IMG/VR virus record: IMGVR_UViG_3300024265_000033
Coordinates: 1-64,000 of that record
DNA: 64,000 bases
Source of the DNA: a virus
Reading direction: 5' to 3' (one strand)
Shown: piece by piece, positions 1 to 10,700 of the stretch
How the letters are laid out: every line of letters starts with the position of its first letter
How positions within the stretch are numbered: the stretch's first letter is position 1
The notes under the pieces: model-generated
Database searches by the model: none
Seen by the model: the letters and a program-made list of their open reading frames with translations, nothing else
Told to the model about the DNA's origin: nothing
Program-made: the position numbers and the translations under genes

Positions 1-75
1 CATAAATTGATTTTGGCGACTTTTACCCCATTCAGCTTGACGGATGCTTTTGATCCCGATAATACTTGACTCATT

Positions 76-330
76 TTACTTTCTCCTTAAAACCTTATTA
101 AGCAATTTCTCTACTTGGGGCCAAACCCACCTACCACTCAAAATCCCCAAAATCAATTTATGGGATTCTAGGGACGGTAAAGCTGCACTAGCTCCTTCAA
201 CAATTATAGCACAAAGCATTGCGGTCGCTAAAAGCACCCAAGCGGCCTTAAACCACTTCGGCGTCATTTTTTTGACCTTCTGCCTCAACTCATTCCACTT
301 CATCTTGGCTTCTAATAGCCACTTTTTCAT
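76..330 (-). CDS. small membrane protein
   Basis: 84 aa with basic ends and a hydrophobic stretch (AAWVLLATAMLCAIIV); start abuts the stop of the upstream gene. Confidence 0.55.
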   Translation of the reverse strand: MKKWLLEAKMKWNELRQKVKKMTPKWFKAAWVLLATAMLCAIIVEGASAALPSLESHKLILGILSGRWVWPQVEKLLNKVLRRK

Positions 331-331
331 T

Positions 332-847
332 CTACTCGCCCTCGGCGTTCAGGGCATCTACCACAGTCTTGTAAATACTCGTACTAGTCAAAAGTCCCCA
401 AAACCCGCCATTTGGCACTTGTTGCTGAGTCCCTTGGGGACCGGGCACAAGAACTACCGGAGAGTTGTAAATGGCTACTTCGTCCTCATTGCCTTTGGCA
501 TCCACACTTTTGAAGATCCATTGGCCCATAGTCTTATCCGTCACATCGAAGGTCAAAACTGTTCCGACAGGAATCTCTTGGACACCTGTTTGATATCCGT
601 GACTTTTAGTCAGAACATCTCCAACATTTTTGATAGGAGCTAAAACAGTGATGGGTTTATGATTAACCATATGGTCTAAAAGGCTTTTTCGCAATGCAGG
701 TTCAATCGTCTGGAAATGGGCTTTGGCCTGTTCAGCGGATTCCTCGCGCTGATGGGCTTTAGCCATCTTTTCCTTCCAAGTGCCGCCGGGTCGATGTCCC
801 CGAATGGCTCCCCTGTAATGCTTATTCCAATTTACACCTTTGCTCAT
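332..847 (-). CDS. hypothetical protein, possibly virion/head associated
   Basis: 171 aa directly after the sheath gene, GAGGG RBS; carries MAKA, LRKS, LTKS motifs; does not look like a tail tube. Confidence 0.6.
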   Translation of the reverse strand: MSKGVNWNKHYRGAIRGHRPGGTWKEKMAKAHQREESAEQAKAHFQTIEPALRKSLLDHMVNHKPITVLAPIKNVGDVLTKSHGYQTGVQEIPVGTVLTFDVTDKTMGQWIFKSVDAKGNEDEVAIYNSPVVLVPGPQGTQQQVPNGGFWGLLTSTSIYKTVVDALNAEGE

Positions 848-857
848 AATCCCTCAC

Positions 858-2711
858 TTATGCAGATTGTCGAATGTCCCCTAAAGTGAACTCGATGAAG
901 ATGAAGTCAAGCCCTTGAACCGGAATAACCTTAACTTGGACAGTTGCGGTATTTCCGACAATAGTGACTGTGAATGTTTCTTCTTCAAATCCCTGAGGAG
1001 CCCCGTCAGAAGCCGTAGTGATTCGAGCATCATTCAGCTCGACCAATTTGCTTCGAAGTACAGATTTGATAGAATCTGCAGTCCCGTTGGCAACTTTTTG
1101 ACCAACGAAAACGAGTTCTGCAGTCTCTCTAAGAGTCTTAGCGATGAACTGAGAAGCCTCAACGACTGATCCTCGGTTGAAGACAAAGCTTTGGTCTTTT
1201 CCGTAAGTTGTGTTATCCACAACACATCGGAATCCGCCAGCAACTTGCTCCAAGAAGGATACGCCAGCGTCGATAGCCGGGTCAAAATCAGTCTCAGGAA
1301 CGAAATCTCCGCCAGAGATCCCGGTGTCAGCATCTACGACGTGTCCCTTTCCGCTGATATTCGCAAATTTGTGTGTAAGAGGCTCACCTACTTCAGATCC
1401 AAGTCGGATACCCGCTTGAACTGCACCCATAACGTGTGGCTGTTTCCAAGTAAGGTCTGCATTGACGTCTTGGACAAGAACGTCTTCAATCCACATCTGA
1501 ATAAGAGCAGATCCTAGAGTGCTTGCCGCGTCATAAGCAGTTTGGACAACGGCTTCTCTTCGTCCTACCATTCCCTGAGCTTCTCTTCGGTTCTTTACGT
1601 TGCCGCGAAGAATCAAGTGAGAGTTCAAAGAAGCAGTCACAGAAGCAATTGTGTATGCAGAAGAGGCATCAGTAATTCCGCCTAAAAGGATATCTGCAGA
1701 AGCGTCTTGAGATACTCCCGGAACTGATACGTTCCAATCAGTAGCTAAAGAAGCTGCGTAACCATCAGCGAAATCGCTGTTAGCAGAAGAACCAAGTGCT
1801 CCGCCAAGAAAGAAAGTCTTAGTGAGATTGGCAGCTTGACCAACTACATTTGAGACTTTTTCCATCAAAGCTAGAGGAGATTGCTCATTGACAATGTCCA
1901 TAAGCTCTTCTTGTGCGCGAAGGAGATCTACGGGCGCGGAAAGTACGTCAATGGCAGTTACAGGATCAAGATCCGTTGCAGGAGTGATTGCTCCGAGAGC
2001 TGCGTCTTGAAGAGTAGCAGTCCATCCGCTATTAGCATTGATGAATTCTGCCAAGGTCTTCATAGTGAAGTCTTTGAGATCGATATCCAAATCTTCAGAA
2101 GCTGCTCCGCCAGTGATGGCAGAAACCAAAGTTTTAGCACTTTCAGTCGCTCCAGAAATAGTCAGAGTAACGGGATTTCCGCCTCCAGTGTATTGGATTT
2201 GAATTTGAGCTTTAGCATCATTTTCAGGAAGAATGTTGATTTCATCTCCACGTTCGATAGTAATCTGTTTTTGTTCAGGACTTGATCCTGCACTCACAGT
2301 AGCTGCAATTTGATTTCCCAACACGCCAAAGTTTCTATCTTTGAGTTTGAAAAGGTCAACTGCAGATCCATTTTCAAGATCCAATTCCGCTTGCGTAGAA
2401 GAGTTTGTCTTCCAAACAATAAAAGTGTCTGCTCCGCCAATTCCCTGTCCGGGCTGGGCCGGAGTCAAAGCTGCGCGAGCCATATCTACGATAGCACCGT
2501 CACCGAATTCTTCGATCAAATTCGGCATTTGAGCCGAACTGAAAACTTGCAAACCTTCCGTATCGCCGGGAGCACCTTTTGATGCTTCTCCAACTAACAT
2601 GAGTGTTCCGTTATCTCCCAAAGGAGCCCCACCGGAAAGGTCTACTTTAGAAATAGAATAAGCTCCGGGTTTCCTAATACTTGCGCCGCCAAAAGAGCGT
2701 TTAATTCCCAT
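858..2711 (-). CDS. contractile tail sheath protein
   Basis: 617 aa; N-terminal RKPGAYS / LVGEASKG, central FFLGGALG, GEPLTHK, and C-terminal ATVQVKVIPVQGLDFIFIEF typical of myovirus sheaths; GGAGA RBS. Confidence 0.9.
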   Translation of the reverse strand: MGIKRSFGGASIRKPGAYSISKVDLSGGAPLGDNGTLMLVGEASKGAPGDTEGLQVFSSAQMPNLIEEFGDGAIVDMARAALTPAQPGQGIGGADTFIVWKTNSSTQAELDLENGSAVDLFKLKDRNFGVLGNQIAATVSAGSSPEQKQITIERGDEINILPENDAKAQIQIQYTGGGNPVTLTISGATESAKTLVSAITGGAASEDLDIDLKDFTMKTLAEFINANSGWTATLQDAALGAITPATDLDPVTAIDVLSAPVDLLRAQEELMDIVNEQSPLALMEKVSNVVGQAANLTKTFFLGGALGSSANSDFADGYAASLATDWNVSVPGVSQDASADILLGGITDASSAYTIASVTASLNSHLILRGNVKNRREAQGMVGRREAVVQTAYDAASTLGSALIQMWIEDVLVQDVNADLTWKQPHVMGAVQAGIRLGSEVGEPLTHKFANISGKGHVVDADTGISGGDFVPETDFDPAIDAGVSFLEQVAGGFRCVVDNTTYGKDQSFVFNRGSVVEASQFIAKTLRETAELVFVGQKVANGTADSIKSVLRSKLVELNDARITTASDGAPQGFEEETFTVTIVGNTATVQVKVIPVQGLDFIFIEFTLGDIRQSA

Positions 2712-2731
2712 TGTGATTTCTCCTTAAATAA

Positions 2732-2989
2732 TTAAAATTTAGAATAAGCCTTCTCATATTTCTCTATTTCTTCCATATCGCCTAGGCCGCACTCTTGAAG
2801 ATAACACTCCAAGGCCGCCATGTATTCTGGACGTAATCTACGGTCCGCTTTAAGTCGATTCCGCATCCAAGCCATCTTACTCACTTTTTCAGATGCCTTC
2901 TTTTGCTTCTTCATCTCAACCTTCGCTTCTGACGCCTCTTTTTGAGGTTTCTCAGCTCGTTTTTTAGATTTCGACTTTTTGCTTTCCAT
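2732..2989 (-). CDS. small protein preceding tail sheath
   Basis: 85 aa, K/E-rich N-terminus; occupies the position of the small gene before the sheath in SPO1-like phages. Confidence 0.6.
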   Translation of the reverse strand: MESKKSKSKKRAEKPQKEASEAKVEMKKQKKASEKVSKMAWMRNRLKADRRLRPEYMAALECYLQECGLGDMEEIEKYEKAYSKF

Positions 2990-3090
2990 ACTCTCTAAAT
3001 TATACCGCTTTTGGCCGATTTATTTTACGATGAGCCACAAGGCTATAGCTATCATGATTGACAAAACAGCTTTCCCTATATGGACCCTCA

Positions 3091-4068
3091 TTATTCATCA
3101 TCTTCCTCAGGCTGCACAGTCTGATCTTCGAAGCATTCTTCCCCTGCAAGATCCTTTTCGACCTTGACGGCGACTTCGACGAGATCAATTGGAACGACCT
3201 TGTCGGAGGCCCAATTGTTCTGTACAAACCCAGAAAGCGTTAAATATCGGCTAAATACGACATCTCCTTTATATTCTTCGTTTCTTGTGAAATCAGATCC
3301 GCTGAATGTGGATAGCTGATAACCCCTATCAATTATGTCTTTTTTGCGGGCAGAGAGGATATATTTGACTAAAATGTACAAATAAATAGTGATGAGACGG
3401 TCCTGCGTGTGAATGCCCATGAGCATTTTTTCGTCTTCTTGATTACCCCTGCGTTCGAACTGTGTGAAATTGACGGCGGACTTGATTAGGGCCGGACCTA
3501 CAGTATTCAATTCTGAGCCTGCCGCGATCATGACTTGTTTGGACCCGTCATCCTCTATAATGCCGCCCACAATAGGGAATTCCGTACCATCAACATCCTC
3601 AAAGATATTATTCGCATGCACAGCCGCTAAATCAGTGGCGTCACTTATTTTGATGGTTCCCGAGGCAGAGTCGTAGGAATCAATAGAGATAGAACTCTGG
3701 ATTATCAGAGCCGCCAACTCTTCGGAATCTGTGATTTCTTCTTCTACTACAGCTTCGTGGTCATCTAGATAAGCCCCTCCAGTTTGCGTGCGAGCCGTTT
3801 TCTCAGTATTATCGACAAGTTGAATAGATATACAGGGAAGATTTGAGGGCACTTGTGCGAAGGAGTGTACGACGCTCACTTCATTTTCTTGAAAATACTC
3901 TTTAATTTTGCGTATTTCTTTGTCGCCATATTTTTGGCCCATGAGCGGGCCTAGTTTGGAGCTGATATCCCCGAAAATGTCATCTACGATTGATTCGTCC
4001 CTGCGAACTGATTCGAGGCCGTCGCGGATAACTGATTCGATTATGAGGTCTGTTACTTTGAAACCCAT
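3091..4068 (-). CDS. tail terminator / tail completion-like virion protein
   Basis: 325 aa acidic; LPCISIQL and SGSDF...VFSRYLTL motifs; position in neck-to-sheath gene order. Confidence 0.6.
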   Translation of the reverse strand: MGFKVTDLIIESVIRDGLESVRRDESIVDDIFGDISSKLGPLMGQKYGDKEIRKIKEYFQENEVSVVHSFAQVPSNLPCISIQLVDNTEKTARTQTGGAYLDDHEAVVEEEITDSEELAALIIQSSISIDSYDSASGTIKISDATDLAAVHANNIFEDVDGTEFPIVGGIIEDDGSKQVMIAAGSELNTVGPALIKSAVNFTQFERRGNQEDEKMLMGIHTQDRLITIYLYILVKYILSARKKDIIDRGYQLSTFSGSDFTRNEEYKGDVVFSRYLTLSGFVQNNWASDKVVPIDLVEVAVKVEKDLAGEECFEDQTVQPEEDDE

Positions 4069-4091
4069 TGCGGCTCCTCCTATATCCTATT

Positions 4092-4865
4092 TTAACTCAA
4101 AAAGTGCTTTAAGATTGTGTCGATCTCTTTGTCAAGCCATTGCTCTGCTTTCGAGAAGCCGTCTACACCCTCGAAGCCGGGATTGATCCATCCGTCCCCC
4201 TTGTCGCTGATTGTACGGTATTTGACGTACAAAGACTCCGTCCGGTCTTTTCCGGATTTAGTCTGGGAAGTTCTCTGATACTTGACTAATCCCTCAAGAT
4301 CGCTAACCCCCTCCACAACTGCTACTTTGCCCTGCATGGCCTTCCCGCCGGGATCTTTGAAGATAGACGTCAATTTTTGCTTCCTACCTCTTGAATTCTC
4401 TATTTCGACCGCTTTTAGCATCTGTCCTAAGTTTTGTGCTCCTGCGGCCTTAGAAAAGGGTTTCTTCTCCATGGGGACACTTGCGTACCTATTTCCCTCT
4501 TGCGACTGTCTCACCCATGGTAGGCCTGCTCTGGAGCCCACTTCTACAGTCTTTGTGGATTTTAACAGGGTATTGCGCTGATCGTAGGGTGCCCAGCCGG
4601 ATTCTAGGGCATTTGAGAATTTACCCTCCAACGTGATGAGGTACGAATTTGCTCCTACCGTCTGGAAAGATAGACCTTTTAGGTAGTCTTTTCCTGTAGT
4701 ATTGAGTTTTTCTTGAGCCTCTGATATGATCTTCGCGTAGGCCCCGTGAGTGACGTCTTTGATAGCCGCGTTGAATTCGGCTTCCACATCCTCAGCGAGA
4801 CGCTCTAGGTTCAATCCTAGGTCTTCCGCTTTGATTTCAATATCTATCTCACCTTTTTTTGCCAT
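4092..4865 (-). CDS. neck / tail-completion virion protein
   Basis: 257 aa; ALESGWAPYD and YRTISDKGDGWINPG motifs resemble the conserved neck-region protein of large myoviruses; synteny. Confidence 0.6.
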   Translation of the reverse strand: MAKKGEIDIEIKAEDLGLNLERLAEDVEAEFNAAIKDVTHGAYAKIISEAQEKLNTTGKDYLKGLSFQTVGANSYLITLEGKFSNALESGWAPYDQRNTLLKSTKTVEVGSRAGLPWVRQSQEGNRYASVPMEKKPFSKAAGAQNLGQMLKAVEIENSRGRKQKLTSIFKDPGGKAMQGKVAVVEGVSDLEGLVKYQRTSQTKSGKDRTESLYVKYRTISDKGDGWINPGFEGVDGFSKAEQWLDKEIDTILKHFLS

Positions 4866-5029
4866 TAGATGATTTTCTCCAGAAAAAATAATACTAAAAG
4901 TAGCATTATAAATAATCCTGCCCAGTCCATAATGTTTTGCGCGGCATTACTATGCTTCTTATCTTGACGATTTTGCTCGGCTTTTTCCTTTTCTCGCCTT
5001 TCAAATTCTTTTTTCACATCGTACTTCAT
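4865..5029 (-). CDS. small membrane protein
   Basis: 54 aa from ATG 5029 just after TGTTATAAT; C-terminal TM segment. Confidence 0.5.
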   Translation of the reverse strand: MKYDVKKEFERREKEKAEQNRQDKKHSNAAQNIMDWAGLFIMLLLVLFFLEKII

Positions 5030-5068
5030 GATATAATTATAACAAATACTTGACAAAGGGATGAATGT

Positions 5069-5398
5069 ATGCATGAAACCTTAGTAGCCTTTCTTTGCGC
5101 CGGAGCATTGATGCAAAATGTACATAACGGAGCTTGTAAAAGTGCGGCCACAGCTACTTCCATGACCGTGGAAATCAAACAAAATGTAGACAAGTTGGAA
5201 AACTACGTTCGAACAAAAGCTGAAAAAAAGTACAAAGAAATAGTCCCTAATTATATTACAGTCCCTATTGGTTTAGCTGCCGCGTATCAACGTGATAAAT
5301 ACCTCAAAACTGGGTTTCGCGTTAAAAAAGTAGTCGATAGAATTGAACTGAAGGGCGGCCCTGCAATAGCAGAAGTCTCTCTTAGATGGAATTTCTAA
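5069..5398 (+). CDS. putative exported protein ending in a beta-signal-like C-terminus
   Basis: only convincing plus-strand gene; fills the gap between minus-strand genes, AAGGGA RBS, hydrophobic N-terminus, ends EVSLRWNF. Confidence 0.65.
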   Translation: MHETLVAFLCAGALMQNVHNGACKSAATATSMTVEIKQNVDKLENYVRTKAEKKYKEIVPNYITVPIGLAAAYQRDKYLKTGFRVKKVVDRIELKGGPAIAEVSLRWNF

Positions 5399-6183
5399 TC
5401 TTCGTCTTCGTCCCGAATTACATTCTTGGTTAAACGATTCCCTTTGAAATCTTTACGATCTACGAGATATTCTCTTTGGAGAACCCATTGCTCATTCATA
5501 TGAACCATTTCCACGTTCTTATCTCTTCGTCCAACTTGGACAAATCGGTTGACGTGCAAGGCTTCTATTGCGCGAAACTGCACTTTACAATCATAGTTGA
5601 GTGAGTAGATAACGCCTGCATCAGGACCTCTTCCCGGTAGCCAGCTTATTGAGCCGTTAACATCTAAGTTAAAATCATTGCCTTGGAAATATTCCTTGCC
5701 GGAGCTGTCCTTAACCAAATGCACGCAAATTGCCGGATATTTCAAAACGTCTATTGCGCCTTTTTGACGCTTGATTCTTTCTATAAAAATGTCGGTGAAG
5801 TCCAGTAATTCCACTAGAGTAAAGTATTGAAGCCCTATGTCTTGTAAGAATGTGGCTGTAGTTTTAGTGCCATCCACATAACCTTCTGGCCTGATTTTCT
5901 TCTCTAAAGACTGTTTGTCGAGTACAGCCATGGTTTGAATTGGTCGAGAATCCGTGAACCCACTGCCTTTGCAAAGTTGACAATCGATCTCATGTTCTCC
6001 GCCGTCGATAGATTTCACATTGGGGCAAAAGGTAGTTCTATAGACCTTGACGCGAATGCCTTGCTGATTAACTAGGGCATCGTATTTTCCCGGACGGAAA
6101 TTAAGACGATTCTTTTGGTCGGCTAGGTCTTTTTTTGGTATTTGGACTGACTTTTTTACATTCCAGCCGGGAGGTTTGCTCAT
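5395..6183 (-). CDS. neck (head closure / stopper-like) protein with Zn finger
   Basis: 262 aa; FCPNV...DCQLCKGSG Cys cluster as in the SPO1/K-like neck protein; GGAGG RBS. Confidence 0.7.
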   Translation of the reverse strand: MSKPPGWNVKKSVQIPKKDLADQKNRLNFRPGKYDALVNQQGIRVKVYRTTFCPNVKSIDGGEHEIDCQLCKGSGFTDSRPIQTMAVLDKQSLEKKIRPEGYVDGTKTTATFLQDIGLQYFTLVELLDFTDIFIERIKRQKGAIDVLKYPAICVHLVKDSSGKEYFQGNDFNLDVNGSISWLPGRGPDAGVIYSLNYDCKVQFRAIEALHVNRFVQVGRRDKNVEMVHMNEQWVLQREYLVDRKDFKGNRLTKNVIRDEDED

Positions 6184-6229
6184 TTAGATCCTCCTTATTC
6201 TTCAGCTTTTTTTGGGCTTTCGGCCTTAC

Positions 6230-7708
6230 TTAAGACTTTTTTTTTACGTCTACGCCAAGAATCTTGGCTGCAGCTTCCTCAGAAATACCCATATCTCGGG
6301 CAATTTGAGCTTCGTCAAAAGTCTTATGCGTGTAAGAGCCTCTTTGCTGAGGACTTTGGTTAGCTACGGCAGCGTTATAACGAGACTCGTCTAAATCGAC
6401 ACCTTTTTCGATCATGTCTTGAACATCGAGTTCTTTCTTTTCAGACTTTTCAATCTTCTCTTCAGACTTTTCGCCGTAATATGTGGCTCCTGATTTCTTA
6501 AAATCTTCTCGCTTCTCTTGATCCTTGATAATAGAATCAGCCACACTATAATGGCAGTTTTGACCCCTACGAGTAGATGCTGTTAGGAGACGCTCAGTAT
6601 TGCCGGGTCCCCATTTGACCGCTTTTTCAACGACTTCTTCAGTCTTTTCTTCCGCCTTAGCAATAAGATTTCCTTCGTTGTCCATTTCTTGGGTGTTAGC
6701 CTGCATTTTGGCCCTAAGAGCCTTCTCTTCTTCAGAGTGCTCGATTTTAGAGTTTGCTTCAGCGTTCAGCTCAGCTTCTGCGGCAGAGACTGCACCGGCT
6801 TTTTCAACGGTTTCAGATTTAGCCATTGGCTTTTTCTTTTGCCCTTTAGCCTTCTTCTTTTTGTCGGTATCGACCATTCTGCCAGCTTCTTCGGCTTCGT
6901 CCTTGTTGTCCCATGCTTTTGCAGCAATCTCGTGGTCGTAGCCTTTTTTCTTCATAGCTTCTAGGCATTTGTCTCGATGCATTCCGCGCTCTTTCATGCG
7001 GTCAACCATTTGCTTCATAAGGTAAGATTTTTCCATTGTGTCCTTTTCCTCTTCGGATTTAGATAGATCTCCGGAAGACTTAGAACCGTCTTTGGCATCG
7101 CCCGAGAGAGGCTCTTTAGCTTTATACTTGTTTTGGTAAGAATCTGCATTGCTTCCGCCTGCAGAGTTGCCATCAGAATTTTGATAATTTTCAGCGTTTG
7201 ATCCGCCCTTGGCGTTCTTGTCATCTTTTTTGTAAGGCTCGTCGTCTTTAGCCATTGGTTGATCGCCGGGTTCCTTTCCTTTGATTACTTGGCCTTCCCA
7301 AGCACCGTCTTTTCCAGTTCCACCTTGATGGTTCTGGGAAGCGTTGCGGGCGTCCATCATTTCTTCATCCCACTCGTCAACACCCTCTGAAGAGTTAGAT
7401 CGTTCAGAAGTGAGAGGCTCTTGTGCCTTTTGAGGTTTCTTGTTATCGTCTTTCCAAGCCTTTTGCTTGAGGTCAATTGCTTTCTCAAGAGCTTTGTTCA
7501 ATAAATCTAATTGTGTTTCGTTCAAAGTCGGAATAGCCTTCTTCAAACCTTCTTGTCCCAAAGCCTCAATAGTTTTTAGCAACTCGTCCATTTCTTTGTC
7601 CTCTTTCAATTTTTCGACAGTCTTAGGTTCGACGTTCTTTTTGAAGAATTTTTCCATTGATTCTGCGGCCTTAGCCATATTTTCTTCAATATTTTTAGCG
7701 TCTTTCAT
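6230..7708 (-). CDS. highly charged putative internal head protein
   Basis: 492 aa low-complexity K/E/D-rich with many hydrophobic-x-K-[A/S/G] motifs; AAGGAG RBS and TGCTATAAT upstream. Confidence 0.65.
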   Translation of the reverse strand: MKDAKNIEENMAKAAESMEKFFKKNVEPKTVEKLKEDKEMDELLKTIEALGQEGLKKAIPTLNETQLDLLNKALEKAIDLKQKAWKDDNKKPQKAQEPLTSERSNSSEGVDEWDEEMMDARNASQNHQGGTGKDGAWEGQVIKGKEPGDQPMAKDDEPYKKDDKNAKGGSNAENYQNSDGNSAGGSNADSYQNKYKAKEPLSGDAKDGSKSSGDLSKSEEEKDTMEKSYLMKQMVDRMKERGMHRDKCLEAMKKKGYDHEIAAKAWDNKDEAEEAGRMVDTDKKKKAKGQKKKPMAKSETVEKAGAVSAAEAELNAEANSKIEHSEEEKALRAKMQANTQEMDNEGNLIAKAEEKTEEVVEKAVKWGPGNTERLLTASTRRGQNCHYSVADSIIKDQEKREDFKKSGATYYGEKSEEKIEKSEKKELDVQDMIEKGVDLDESRYNAAVANQSPQQRGSYTHKTFDEAQIARDMGISEEAAAKILGVDVKKKS

Positions 7709-7758
7709 TGATTACTCCTTAAAACCTTTGTCTTACTCTCAATTATAGCAAAAAAACC

Positions 7759-10700
7759 TTATTGCAATTCTCCTGTAACCCGAACCCTCTTGATATATGA
7801 TACCATTTTCCACAGCATGTCCTTGGCTACAGCCACATAATACGGGTCGTTGCGAAACCTGTCGTCAATTGTGGAGTAGTCTTCTTCAGTATTCTTGACC
7901 ATGGACTTGATTAAGTCTTCCGGCACGAAAATTCCCGAGTATCGGCATTGATCTACGAGGTCTGAAACGCTCGAATTGGGCTCGTTCCAAGTGTACTCGA
8001 AGCCCTCCATGGACTTGGGAAGAGGTCTTTTTGCATAATCATTTCCCCCGCCTACGCCCCACATATAGAATCCAGCTACCCGGTTCTCTAGGTGATTTTT
8101 GAGCATGTGGTCATATTTACCCTCTTTGTGGGCAGCTTGAGTCTTCTCGGGATTCTTGATATCCCCGTCAAATAGCTCCTTGGCCTGTTTTTGAGTCAAA
8201 GTGAGGTTCGCGCACACGAGGCGGTCAAACATGGCTTTGAGGCTAGAAGTGACAGATCCCCAGTTTGTGGGGCTCAAAACGATAAATCCGTCAGCACGCT
8301 CTAGACGGTCATACACCTTTTCATCATGCATGATATCTCCGAGTTTTTCCCCGGCAGATCCCGGACCGTAGCAGGAGCATTTCCAGTGGCAATGATAGCC
8401 ATTGGCCGTACCTACACAATTCTTGCAATTTCGAATGATTCGGTCCTTGTCAGTGACTTCGAGATCCAACACGTCAATCTCAAGGCCCTCTGGGGCGGCT
8501 TTTCTGAGAGCTTCCACAAGCAACTTTCCTTTAGAGTCTTCGCCCGGGCAAGAGTTTTCGCTGCGTGCTCCGCCCTGAATGAGCATAATGCGTACTGGAG
8601 CAGAATTTGCTTGAATCAAGGCCTCATTCAGATCTATAAGGCTGAGAGCTTTTTTGATCTCATCTTTGGCAAAAATCTGATCCATGATCTTGACTATTTT
8701 TGACTTGTATTCTTTACTTCTAGAATCAGATACGGGAACCCAGCCCCCTGTAGTTTTTTCCAAGGCTCCGCTGAGTTGGGCATATAATTTAGTACGCTCG
8801 TCAAGTAGATCGCCCGTTTTTCCAGCTTTTCCCCCAGTGCCGTAAAGTTTTTGCGAAATATCGCTAATCTTTTCCCGGATTGCCTTAACCTTAGGATCTT
8901 TGACTTTCATGACATCTGGCATGAAAGTATCCATGAATTCTTTCGAAAGTTTCATTTTCTCGGCTCGGTCTAAAGAATAGACTTCAAAAGCTCTGGCAAA
9001 CACTTCTGTAGGCTCTAGGAGGTATCTCTTAAAAGATCGTTCCTCCGTTTGGGTGTAATAATCAGATCCCGTGACTATATCGTGCATTTCAACATACAAT
9101 TTTTGAAGTTCTGTGGGATTTTCTGCGAACTTAGCTTCTTTGAGCATTTCCCCATGACGCCCTCTTCGATCTTTTTCAGTCATAGCGTAATCAATTGCGT
9201 GTCCGATTTCGTGCATGACAGTTTTACTGGCCGCACTGACGTCTTTTAATGCTATGGTTTTTGTAGAATGACTATAAGTTCCGCGAGTAGTTTTTCCGGT
9301 TTTTGCCAAATTGACAGCCTTGAAATTAATAGGGGTTTTGAATTTAATCCCCATATCTTCAATCAATAAATTGCATTCATTTAAGGTTTTTTTGAAACTC
9401 TCTTTTACTTTTTTACTAGACTTTCCGAGATCTACAGAACCAATCATATTGGTTTTTTCGTTGGTTTTGAGATCCACACCTTCTGCGATGTCGCCGGATA
9501 GCTCGGGGTACTCCTTTAGGGCTTTGTCTGAGACGGGCAGGCCTGCCTTTAGGGCTGTTTTGTTTAGGAGATGATGTACGTCTTTGAATCTTTTATTATA
9601 AGTTCTCTTTTTTCTATTAAAATAGTCCGCGCTTTGCGGGCGATCTTTTATGAGTTGCTGAAGCATGGCCTCTTGGTATTCTTTTACAGACATCTTAGTG
9701 TGGTCTATTGCTTCGTTGCCATACACTTTAACTGCAGCTTTATATTTATATTCTAGCTCGGATGGCAGTTTTTTGGGCTCTTCTTTGGGTTTCGGAGCTT
9801 CTTTTTTAGGAGCTTCCGGCTTGGTAAAATCGTGCCCTTTATGCTCATCCGCATGTTCTGTGTGAGTGGGTTCTTTTTTGAACTGCCCCAGCAATTTGCC
9901 GTGATGGGCTCCGCCTACAGCTACCCAACCGTCAACATGTTTGACATACTTTCTACCGCTCCATACGCGCATAGTACCGACAGGCATGGGTTTCTTAGCT
10001 TTATTGAGTAATTCGATTAGTTTTTTTTTTTCTGACTGCTCAGACTTTTGAATGTAGATATTCAAGTCACCTTGAATCTTTGCAGTTTGAAGAATTTCTT
10101 TCAATTCAGAAACGCCATGGGCGTCTTGCTCTTCTCTAGGGCCTTCTTCTTTTGCTTCTTCTTTGGGCTTGCTGATAAAATTTTTGGCCATCAAAGCTGA
10201 AGTCATCGCAGGGAGGGTCATTTTTTTGACTTGAAATACTACTTGTCCGTAATCCCCGGAATACTCATCCATATTCTTGACATACCCATCGTAGATACCA
10301 TCATCTACTTGAGAGGCGATTAACACCCAAGGGCGATCTAGAGGAACTTCCCTTGGAACTTCTGCTAGTTCGAAATCTTTCAAACAATTGTCTAAGTATT
10401 CTAACCACGGACTCTCCTTCATGGCATCCACTTCGATAGCATGATTCGTAGTGTCTATATTGACGCCCGAAAGTTCAGATTCTCCGAGGGATTTTTTAAG
10501 AGCTTTGATCTTCTGTACGCTTCGAGACGTTATCTGGACGGGGCCTGCTAGTTTTTCAGCGGCTTTGATTTTGTCGTGAACCTGTCCCCAAGCACTGTCG
10601 AAAGTTCGGGCTTGTACTATGAATTCTTTCTGGCTCGTTCTATTCCCATTATATTTAATGGTTACAGTAACTTTGTAGTGGTGCCCGTTGACTCGACGCC

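Noticed and set aside
332-847. Tail tube protein expected after the sheath
   Set aside because: Basic helical N-terminus and no tube-like pattern; the tube gene probably lies outside the window
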